A stretch of 32,000 nucleotides of DNA from Telmatocola sphagniphila (GTDB lineage: Bacteria > Planctomycetota > Planctomycetia > Gemmatales > Gemmataceae), in NCBI RefSeq assembly GCF_018398935.1, contig NZ_CP074694.1, forward strand, positions 6,210,001 to 6,242,000. Direction: 5' to 3'. Position 1 is the stretch's first letter. Every line of letters starts with the position of its first letter. A program made the position numbers and the translations under genes. The notes under the pieces are model-generated. The model saw only the letters and a list, made by a program, of their open reading frames with translations. It searched no databases and had not been told where the DNA came from. Shown in pieces: positions 12,532 through 19,714 of the stretch.

Positions 12532-14010
12532 TCAGCGTTTCTGTGTTTCTGTTGGATTTGTTTTCCCCCGTTTGTCGACATCCCAGAGCCGGAAGCCAAT
12601 ATCGGTGGGCAAGTTGGATTTGTAAGCGCCTCGTTCTGATTGATCAGTGACAACACCCAGCACATCACCGCCGTCGTCTTTGAGGTCTTGGCCGACGGAG
12701 TAGATGACGATGCCATCGTTGAGCCGTTTGAAGAGAAGAGGCTTACCCGTGTACGGATCTTCTTCCACCTTCTCGAGAAAATTGGGAACAAGCTCTTCGA
12801 GGTTGTTTGGCCAACGTTTGTTAACGATGCGAAATCGCTCGGCGGCGAGGCCACATACGGTGGATCGCAGCCAGCCCTGTGCGCGATAATTAGAAAATAC
12901 GAGTTTGTTAATAGGTGGCAGATAGAGATTTGTGAGTACCTGACTGGCCGGAGGAATGGAAGTCCGATTTTGGAGATTCTCCTGCTCGAACTGATCCAGA
13001 AATTCTTTGATCTCCCGTTCGGATTTATCCAAGACGTTGATGATATCGGTCATCCGTCGCAACATATAAGCCTGATCTGCCGCGGCAAAAGGCGGATATT
13101 TCAAGGCTAAGAGGACACCCGCGAGATTCCGGATCGGCTGACCTTTAGCTGCGGTACCATCCCCTCTAATCGATATTGCTATGCTTTGTAGTATCAAGCC
13201 GTAGCTACTTGCTCGATACTGCATCGATTTTAGGGCCGCGGCACGTTCGGAACGAAGGGCCTTTTTCAAAGTCGGCTCGTGAGCTTCCTCTAGAAATTCT
13301 TTCTGAAGTATTTCGAGATCGGTTGATTTGATTTCCCCCTGGGAGAGCATTTGCTGAACCGCCGAACAGGCAATGGTCTCAAGGGCGATCCGAATCAAGA
13401 AAGGGATGAGGCCTTCCTCGCCGCAGGAACGAGCCGCATTCCTAATCGCCCGGATATCCTGCACGCAGACATCGAAGTGATGGAGTTGGGCGTGCACCCG
13501 CATATCCCACAGTAATTCGAAAGCGATGGTTCTCACTTTTTGCAAAGAATTGAAGTCGGCATTGAAGACATCCTCGCTGTACTGAATGAAATGTACGCCG
13601 CGCGGCCTATTCGCTAACTGGCGAGACAGGAGAATGCGTTCTTTGGTATCGGCCACGAGCTGAGCGCCCCACTCGGCCACCTCAGGCGGTAGGCCTTCGG
13701 GCAATATTCTCCAGCTGGAAAGCGGGGGCTCGAAGGAGGAGTTGGGGGAGGGAGGGATCTCGCTGATTTTCTTAATCAGAGTGTAACTGTTCTGATCGTC
13801 CGGAAGCTCGTTTCGTTTTTTCAGCAGTTCTTCCCAAGACCAGCCCGGATCTTCGCGGTCCAGTTGGGCTATCATCTCTTCCAGTTCGCGAGCGGAATCT
13901 CGAGCGATCTTTTGGCGGTAAATCAGGATCCCCGCAAGGAACAGAAATGAACCCAGAGACAACAGCAAAACAATGCGAACGAATCGATTTTTAGGGAGGC
14001 GGAACTTCAT
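12532..14010 (-). CDS. Membrane-anchored hypothetical protein, paralog B (same architecture as 11078..12523)
   Basis: I chose the ATG at 14010 (MKFRLPKNRFVRIVLLLSLGSFLFLAGILIY) because it aligns with the paralog A N-terminus; the track start at 14076 would add 22 residues. The stop lies 8 nt upstream of the paralog A start. Conserved blocks include DREDPGW, FDVCVQDIRAIRN and QGEIKS, and the C-terminal roughly 100 aa are near-identical. Confidence 0.7.
   Translation of the reverse strand: MKFRLPKNRFVRIVLLLSLGSFLFLAGILIYRQKIARDSARELEEMIAQLDREDPGWSWEELLKKRNELPDDQNSYTLIKKISEIPPSPNSSFEPPLSSWRILPEGLPPEVAEWGAQLVADTKERILLSRQLANRPRGVHFIQYSEDVFNADFNSLQKVRTIAFELLWDMRVHAQLHHFDVCVQDIRAIRNAARSCGEEGLIPFLIRIALETIACSAVQQMLSQGEIKSTDLEILQKEFLEEAHEPTLKKALRSERAAALKSMQYRASSYGLILQSIAISIRGDGTAAKGQPIRNLAGVLLALKYPPFAAADQAYMLRRMTDIINVLDKSEREIKEFLDQFEQENLQNRTSIPPASQVLTNLYLPPINKLVFSNYRAQGWLRSTVCGLAAERFRIVNKRWPNNLEELVPNFLEKVEEDPYTGKPLLFKRLNDGIVIYSVGQDLKDDGGDVLGVVTDQSERGAYKSNLPTDIGFRLWDVDKRGKTNPTETQKR
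12562..12843 (-). repeat. Copy 2 of the 282-nt high-identity block
   Basis: See 11081..11362. The same reading frame encodes the pseudopilin-like C-terminal module. Confidence 0.85.
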
Positions 14011-14227
14011 CTTCACTTCTTCCCGAACTGGACGAGCAACCACTTGGAAAAGGGGAGTGTACACCAGACGCCCCAATTTAAAAGGACGCCGAGCTTGGGG
14101 AGCTATTTCAAATATCTCCTTTCCAGCGAAGTCAGGAAGTGTGAAGTCTGCGCTTGTTCCGAGTGAGTGAAAGTCAACCGGGGAGCGGGCGATGGGGGAA
14201 CGGGCGATATTACCAGCGGGTCGCTAC

Positions 14228-14620
14228 TCAAACCAACTCCGCGACGGCAATCTGGTCGACATCGAGAGTCCGGTCTGACATGGTGAGCGTATCGCCGGGG
14301 AGAAGCTCCGATTCCCGGTAGCGGGTGCCGTTGACAAAGAAGCCATCGGCCGACTCCAGATCGATCACCCACCAGCATCCCTGTTTCCATTCGAGTCGGC
14401 AGTGCAGTTCGCCGAGCCGTTCCCATTCCAGACGCAGGTCGCAGCAGGGGGATTGGCCGAGGGTCACTTGCGGCTGGCCGAGGATGTACTCCACGCGTCG
14501 GGCGGGATCGATCAGTCGGAGGATTTGGGCGTCGCGGGGCAGGGGTTGCTTGGGATCGCTGATGATCACCACCTGCCAGGTATCGATATCTTCGGTGAAA
14601 GTTCGTTTCTTGGGTAGCAT
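14228..14620 (-). CDS. Small FHA-like domain protein with degenerate phosphopeptide-binding residues
   Basis: 130-aa ORF with AGGA 7 nt upstream of the ATG at 14620. The FHA-like core is LGQSPCCDLRL..LGELHCRLEW..WWVIDLESADGFFVNGTRY..LLPGDTLT. The canonical GR, SxxH and NG positions read GQ, GELH and DG. Confidence 0.65.
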   Translation of the reverse strand: MLPKKRTFTEDIDTWQVVIISDPKQPLPRDAQILRLIDPARRVEYILGQPQVTLGQSPCCDLRLEWERLGELHCRLEWKQGCWWVIDLESADGFFVNGTRYRESELLPGDTLTMSDRTLDVDQIAVAELV

Positions 14621-14952
14621 GGGGCAGTCCTTATATTGTATGGCTGGCTCAGGGCCATCCGGTTATGCGAAGTAGTGAACGCGATTACATGGTATACGGG
14701 TGGACTGTAATGCGTTTCCGTGAGGATATCGGATTGTAAATTTTCCAATGCCGAATGCATCAAAAATCTTCGTAATTCGGGTTGTATCGATCAGGGGATT
14801 GGGGGGAAATGCTTTTTATACGGAATGAACTTCAGTTTCTTTGCCTGAGGCACCCCGTGGGGAACATTTGATGAGAAGCCAGTCCCGCTATCGGTGGGGG
14901 AAACCCGAGAGACTGATTGCTTCGCCAAGTTACCTCTTGCGATGAGGCTGCT

Positions 14953-16815
14953 ATGTTCTTGCTCCGTAAATTCTCGGTGGGCGCCCTCCTCGGCGTAGCC
15001 GGGTTCCTATCAACCTCTCAGACGTCGTTCGCCTCCCATTGCGGTTGTAGCGGCTACTCGACGCCCGGCATCAGCGTAGACCAGTGCAAGCTTCCGACCA
15101 CCCGCACGGTGGTTCGGTATCAGCCGGTGGTCGAAAACCACACGCGCACTGAATATCGCGCTGTGTACGATACTGTCATGGATCAGCAGGCCTACACGGT
15201 GCAGATCCCGATTTACGAAAATCACGTGCGCGAAAACCGCTATACGGTGCAGCGGCCGGTGACCCAGTACTACACGGATGTGGAGCAGTACACCGTCAAC
15301 AAGCCGGTCTATGAAACGCAGACTCGGGCGGAAAACTACACGACTTACCGCACGCAGTACCAGGATTACCAGATCGCCATTCCTTACTGCACTTACAAAC
15401 CGGTGTACGAAAGCCACTACCGGACGGTGCAACACACGGTCTACCGCAACCAGGTGGAAAACTACCAGGTCGCGATTCCTTACTGCACCTACAAACCAGT
15501 CTATGAAACTCACGTTCGCGACGTCCCTTACACCGTGCAGCGAACGGTAGTGAACGAATATCAGGTACCGCAGTATTACACGACCTATCGGCCGGTTTAC
15601 GAGAACCATGTCCGACAGGAGTGCTACACGACTTACCGCACTCAAGTCGAAAACTACCAGGTGGCGATTCCTTACTGCACCTACAAGCCGGTGTACGAGA
15701 ATCACACTAGAGTCATTCCCGAAACTCGCTACCAGACCGTGACCGACTACCGGACGGAAACCCGCGTTTCTTACGTTCAGGAACCGGTTTACACTACGCA
15801 GGTCCGGAAGATCTGCAGCGGCAGCTGGCAGGAAGTGAAGGAATATCGACCCGGTCCAGTCATCACCAAGTGCTACCGCACCCCCGGCACGTGCACTTTC
15901 GACCCTTGCTCCTGCACGACGCAGTACTGCCCGGGCCAGCTGGTTCAGACGCAGGTTCAGTGTCCCGGCACCTGGAGCTGCAAGAAGGTATGGGTTCCGG
16001 AAGAAAAATGCGTGACCGAACAGGTCTGCCATATGACTTGCAAGCCGGTCTGCACCACGGTACAGGTTCCGTTTACCCGCTGCGTGCCGTACACGACTTG
16101 CCGAACTGAATGCTACACGACCTGCAAGATGGTTCCCGAACAGCAGGTTCGCTACGAAACCCGGCAGCGTTGCTACAAGGTTCCCGAACAGCAGGTTCGC
16201 CAGATTCCTTACACGACCTGCAAGATGGTTCCCGAACAGCAGGTACGCTATTGCACGAAGCGACAGGTGACCTGCGTTCCCGAAACGCACGTTCGCCAGG
16301 TTCCTTACACGACCTGCCGGATGGTTCGCGAAGACCATGTGAAATATGAAACGAAACAGCGTTGCTACAAGATTCCTGAAGTGATCACCCAGCAGATTCC
16401 TTACACGACCTGCCGGATGGTTCGCGAAGAACACGTTCGTTACGAAACCAAGCGTCAGTGCTACACGATACCGGAAGTTCACACTCGCTATGTGCCTTAC
16501 ACGACCTGCCGGATCGTTCAGCAAGTGTGCAGCCGTAATGTGACTCGCTGCAAGACCGTTTGCGTGCCGGAAGAAAAGGTTCAGTACATCCCGTACACGA
16601 CCTGCCGGATGGTCTGCGAACAGCGGACTCGCTGCGTGCCCCGCACGGTCTGCCGGATGGAACCTTACACCGTCTGCTACCAGACCTGCAAGATGGTGCC
16701 GGTTTGCGAAACGGTTTGCGATTACGCCCCCGAACCGACGGTTTGCGACGCCCGGCCGACCTACTTTGCCAAGTTCTGCTCCTGGTTGTCCCGCTGCAAA
16801 GGCGGCTGCCAGTAA
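14953..16815 (+). CDS. Secreted Cys/Tyr/Thr/Val-rich repeat protein (YTV-type planctomycete envelope protein family)
   Basis: The ATG at 14953 has GAGG 6 nt upstream. The signal peptide is MFLLRKFSVGALLGVAGFLSTSQTSFA|SH. YTV/YTT motifs recur many times. I counted about 47 Cys, with almost no Leu. Two internal repeat arrays are present. The track start at 14917 is a TTG 12 codons upstream. Confidence 0.8.
   Translation: MFLLRKFSVGALLGVAGFLSTSQTSFASHCGCSGYSTPGISVDQCKLPTTRTVVRYQPVVENHTRTEYRAVYDTVMDQQAYTVQIPIYENHVRENRYTVQRPVTQYYTDVEQYTVNKPVYETQTRAENYTTYRTQYQDYQIAIPYCTYKPVYESHYRTVQHTVYRNQVENYQVAIPYCTYKPVYETHVRDVPYTVQRTVVNEYQVPQYYTTYRPVYENHVRQECYTTYRTQVENYQVAIPYCTYKPVYENHTRVIPETRYQTVTDYRTETRVSYVQEPVYTTQVRKICSGSWQEVKEYRPGPVITKCYRTPGTCTFDPCSCTTQYCPGQLVQTQVQCPGTWSCKKVWVPEEKCVTEQVCHMTCKPVCTTVQVPFTRCVPYTTCRTECYTTCKMVPEQQVRYETRQRCYKVPEQQVRQIPYTTCKMVPEQQVRYCTKRQVTCVPETHVRQVPYTTCRMVREDHVKYETKQRCYKIPEVITQQIPYTTCRMVREEHVRYETKRQCYTIPEVHTRYVPYTTCRIVQQVCSRNVTRCKTVCVPEEKVQYIPYTTCRMVCEQRTRCVPRTVCRMEPYTVCYQTCKMVPVCETVCDYAPEPTVCDARPTYFAKFCSWLSRCKGGCQ
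15208..15810 (+). repeat. In-frame tandem repeat array 1 inside the YTV gene: seven 96-nt (32-aa) units
   Basis: The Pro codon of the P-(V/I)-Y-(E/T) motif occurs at 15208, 15304, 15400, 15496, 15592, 15688 and 15784, exactly 96 nt apart. The sub-motif ATTCCTTACTGCAC (IPYC) is at 15379, 15475 and 15667. Confidence 0.9.
16114..16650 (+). repeat. In-frame tandem repeat array 2 inside the YTV gene: six 96-nt (32-aa) units with a 48-nt half-period
   Basis: TACACGACCTGC (Y-T-T-C) occurs at 16114, 16210, 16306, 16402, 16498 and 16594, exactly 96 nt apart. A 35-nt stretch, TACACGACCTGCAAGATGGTTCCCGAACAGCAGGT, is identical at 16114 and 16210. GGTTCCCGAACAGCAGGTTCGC is at 16131 and 16179, 48 nt apart. 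Confidence 0.9.
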
Positions 16816-16845
16816 GGCTCGATTCGACAGCTGTTAAATTTTCCA

Positions 16846-16880
16846 TCGGCTTACGGTTAGTCCCGTAAGCCGATTTGCGT
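16846..16880 (+). terminator. Intrinsic terminator after the YTV-repeat gene
   Basis: Perfect 11-bp stem TCGGCTTACGG (16846-16856) / CCGTAAGCCGA (16863-16873) with a 6-nt loop, followed by TTTGCGTTT. Confidence 0.7.
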
Positions 16881-16910
16881 TTACGGACGCGACACGTAAA
16901 ACAGTTGTAT

Positions 16911-17726
16911 ATGATTCGCGTGGGATCCGTTAATTATCTGAATGCCAAGCCGCTGATCGAAGGATTTGCCGCGCTGGCGCCTCAGGCCGAATTGGTACTC
17001 GATCTTCCCAGTCGCATCGCCGATCAGTTGCATCGCAAAGAGCTCGATGTGGCGCTGGTTCCAGTCGTGGAATTCTTCCGTGGCACCCGCTATAAGATCA
17101 TCCCCGATATCTCGATCGCTTCGCATGGTCCCGTGTTGAGTGTGACGCTTTTTTCCCGGAAACCCTGGGATCAGATCAATTCCGTTGCCCTCGACATCGG
17201 CTCCCGAAGCAGTGCCGCCCTGACCCAGATTCTCCTTCGCAAACGCTACTACCGCCAGATTACTCTCGAACCGCTGTCGATGACTTCGGACCCGGAAAAT
17301 TCGACGGCCGATGCCGTGCTGCTGATTGGGGATCGGGCGATGCGGGCCTGTCTGCCAGGTTTCGATTTCGCTTATGACCTGGGCGAGGAATGGACGCGCT
17401 GGCAGGAATTGCCGTTCGTCTACGCGGTTTGGGCCGTGCGCGAAGGGGTCGATCTGGAAGGCGTGGACGAGGCTCTAAGGCAAGCAAAAGAACTGGGCCG
17501 CACGCGCGCCGGCTGGATTGCTCAACGGGAAGCGGAAGATCTGGGATTGGACCCCGGGTATTGCCGGCGTTATCTGACGAATATCATCCACTATGACTTG
17601 GGTAAACAGGAACTCGCGGGACTGCAGCAGTATTACCAGCTGGCTACCGAGCTGGGACTAGCCCCGGAAGGAGTGCAAATTGAATACTACCATCCAAAGA
17701 ATTCTGTCGAAAGCCGCCGACGGTGA
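16911..17726 (+). CDS. mqnA: Chorismate dehydratase MqnA (futalosine pathway of menaquinone biosynthesis)
   Basis: MIRVGSVNYLNAKPLIEG matches the MqnA-type N-terminus rather than the MqnD type. The MqnA/MqnD (VitK2 biosynthesis) fold pattern continues throughout. I prefer the ATG at 16911 to the track start at 16875. Confidence 0.8.
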   Translation: MIRVGSVNYLNAKPLIEGFAALAPQAELVLDLPSRIADQLHRKELDVALVPVVEFFRGTRYKIIPDISIASHGPVLSVTLFSRKPWDQINSVALDIGSRSSAALTQILLRKRYYRQITLEPLSMTSDPENSTADAVLLIGDRAMRACLPGFDFAYDLGEEWTRWQELPFVYAVWAVREGVDLEGVDEALRQAKELGRTRAGWIAQREAEDLGLDPGYCRRYLTNIIHYDLGKQELAGLQQYYQLATELGLAPEGVQIEYYHPKNSVESRRR

Positions 17727-18813
17727 ACGGATCTCGTTCGAAGAAGGCGTGCAGTTGTTCGACTGCCAGGATCTTCACGCGCTCGGCCGGGTGGCTCATC
17801 AGATTACCACCCGATTGCACCCCGAACCCTATCGCACCTACAACATCGACCGCAATATCAACTACACCAACGTGTGCGCGGCCGTATGCGACTTCTGCGC
17901 GTTCTATCGAAAAAGCGCGGATGAAGACGCTTATGTCCTCAGCCGTGAAGAACTCTACAGGAAATTCGAAGAGACCATCGCTCTGGGCGGCGATCAGGTT
18001 CTGATGCAGGGCGGCATGCACCCCAGCCTGAAGCTGGAATGGTACGAAGAATTGCTGCGGGATCTGAAGAGCCGTTATCCGCAGGTCAATCTGCATGCCT
18101 TCAGCCCACCGGAGATCTGGCACTTTCACAAGATCAACAAGTTGCCGTTAAAAACCGTTCTGGAACGATTGAAAGCCGCTGGTCTCGGTAGTCTTCCGGG
18201 CGGCGGCGGCGAAATCCTGGTCGATCGCGTCCGCAAGGAATTGACCAAAGGCAAAGCCTTAACGCAGGAATGGTTGGAAGTAAACCGCCAGTGGCACCTC
18301 TTGGGTGGCCGTTCGACTTGCACCATGATGTTCGGACATATTGAGACTTTGGCCGAGCGGGTCGAGCATTTGGATGTGCTGCGAAAACTGCAGGATGAGA
18401 CCAAAGGCTTCACCGCTTTTATCTGTTGGACGATGCAGCCGGGACACAAGATGGCACACTTCCCGGCCCACGGCTCCTTCGATTATCTAAAGACGCAGGC
18501 GATTTCGCGAATCTATCTCGATAACATCCCGAACATTCAATCGAGTTGGGTGACGCAGGGGCTCAAGATCGGTCAGGTAGCTCTGTTCTATGGGGCTAAC
18601 GACATGGGCTCGTTGATGATCGAGGAGAACGTCGTCGCCTCGGCCGGAACGGTCCACTATCTGACGCTGGATCAGATTAAGAATGCGATTCGGGAAGCGG
18701 GATATATTCCCCGCCAGAGAAATGTGTTTTACGAGTACATCGACGAGAAGCCGCGGGCGAATATTGCCCCGGCCCCAGCGGACAGCGGTCTGTCGCTGCC
18801 CGTGGTAGCCTAG
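17680..18813 (+). CDS. mqnC: Radical SAM menaquinone biosynthesis enzyme, MqnC-like (cyclic dehypoxanthinyl futalosine synthase); MqnE is not excluded
   Basis: The TTG start at 17680 has a strong SD (GGAAGGAG) 6 nt upstream. The radical SAM cluster motif is NYTNVCAAVCDFCAFYR (CxxxCxxC). VLMQGGMHP and HAFSPPEIWHF fit my recollection of MqnC better than MqnE. It overlaps the mqnA 3' end by 47 nt. Confidence 0.75.
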   Translation: MNTTIQRILSKAADGERISFEEGVQLFDCQDLHALGRVAHQITTRLHPEPYRTYNIDRNINYTNVCAAVCDFCAFYRKSADEDAYVLSREELYRKFEETIALGGDQVLMQGGMHPSLKLEWYEELLRDLKSRYPQVNLHAFSPPEIWHFHKINKLPLKTVLERLKAAGLGSLPGGGGEILVDRVRKELTKGKALTQEWLEVNRQWHLLGGRSTCTMMFGHIETLAERVEHLDVLRKLQDETKGFTAFICWTMQPGHKMAHFPAHGSFDYLKTQAISRIYLDNIPNIQSSWVTQGLKIGQVALFYGANDMGSLMIEENVVASAGTVHYLTLDQIKNAIREAGYIPRQRNVFYEYIDEKPRANIAPAPADSGLSLPVVA

Positions 18814-18816
18814 TTT

Positions 18817-19392
18817 TTATTCTTTGGCAGGTTCCGTTTTCACAATGGGAGCAGGAGCGGGCTTCTGCTCCAACTCTTCTTTAGACAGTAGAATCAAACC
18901 TGCCCCAATTCCGACCGCCACCACGCCCACAAACAATTTCCAGGAAGGCATCTGTTCCGGGGCACCGAAATGCAACGGATTGTCGGCCGTGGGATGCCAG
19001 AAGAGACTGACCACCGTGTTCAGCAGCGGTGCGAGAGTGAAGATCAACGGAGCGATATAAATGCGGTCTTCGGGTCCGGCCGTTGCGGTCGCGAAGATCA
19101 CGCCCAAGGCTCCCAGGGCGCCGGCGGTGCCCGCCAACAATGCAAAAATCAACCCCACCGAAGTGCCCTTACCGAGTATCGGTTCGGAAACGACTTGCGA
19201 ACGAATCAATGGAAACAGCACGGCGATAATCATGTAGGCCACGCCGACACCCAGAAAGGCGGCATAGCGACCGGCGAAAGGCGCCGAGGGGCCGACGCTC
19301 AGGTTTTTACCGCCAAAAGCGATCAGCGGCACATAAGTGCCCCAGCACAAACCGGCCATGAGAACGTAAAGCAGCCACGTGTTCTTTTCCAT
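18817..19392 (-). CDS. Hypothetical small polytopic membrane protein (about 5 TM helices, Pro/Ala/Lys/Glu-rich tail)
   Basis: 191-aa ORF that is hydrophobic throughout (LLYVLMAGLCWGTYVPLIAF, AAFLGVGVAYMIIAVLF and others). I did not recognise a family. It is convergent with mqnC, with only 3 nt between the stop codons. Confidence 0.6.
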   Translation of the reverse strand: MEKNTWLLYVLMAGLCWGTYVPLIAFGGKNLSVGPSAPFAGRYAAFLGVGVAYMIIAVLFPLIRSQVVSEPILGKGTSVGLIFALLAGTAGALGALGVIFATATAGPEDRIYIAPLIFTLAPLLNTVVSLFWHPTADNPLHFGAPEQMPSWKLFVGVVAVGIGAGLILLSKEELEQKPAPAPIVKTEPAKE

Positions 19393-19714
19393 GAAGCATT
19401 CCTTGGTTCAATTCAAAATTGCAAGTGTTGTCCGGGTAGGAAGATATCTCTGTGGGCCAGCGGTATAGTAACCCTACCCGTGCGCCGAACGAAGCTTACA
19501 CAAACCATTATTAGACAGATTCGCGCGTCAATGAAAAGATCTCTGACCCGCGGGCAACAAATTCGGATAACCTTGACGATTCCGGCTTCTATTTGCTATT
19601 AAATCGGCAATCGAGGGCGGGAATCTGGCTCGATTTTAGTTGCTCTTCCCACTCCCATAAGTCACAATTTTTAAGACCATCCCACCCCTTTTTCCCTTTT
19701 CGGAGAGCGTTTTT

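Noticed and set aside
11154-12889. Two short plus-strand ORFs (11154..11408 and 12704..12889) that share nearly identical peptide sequence
   Set aside because: Their similarity simply mirrors the duplicated 3' block of the tandem paralogs on the opposite strand. It is not independent evidence of coding.
14621-14952. A search for a sigma-54 (-24/-12) promoter in the divergent control region, and also in 19393..19714 and 24574..24686
   Set aside because: The closest strings have the wrong spacing or lack the GC element, for example CTGGCTCGATTTTAGTTGC at about 19633-19651 (GG to GC spacing 15 instead of 12) and CTGGCAGGAGATTGA at about 24601-24615. I made no call.
15010-16524. A 504-aa minus-strand ORF antisense to the YTV-repeat gene, plus several smaller plus-strand ORFs within it
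   Set aside because: It is a product of the repeat composition: periodic codons lacking stop complements. It has no signal, start context or motif. The plus-strand frame has an SD, a signal peptide and a terminator.
19573-19602. A sigma-70-like promoter candidate TTGACG-N18-TATTAA upstream of the SGNH hydrolase gene
   Set aside because: The spacing is 18 nt, the -10 is weak, and planctomycete promoter consensus is poorly defined. The support is insufficient to list it as a feature.
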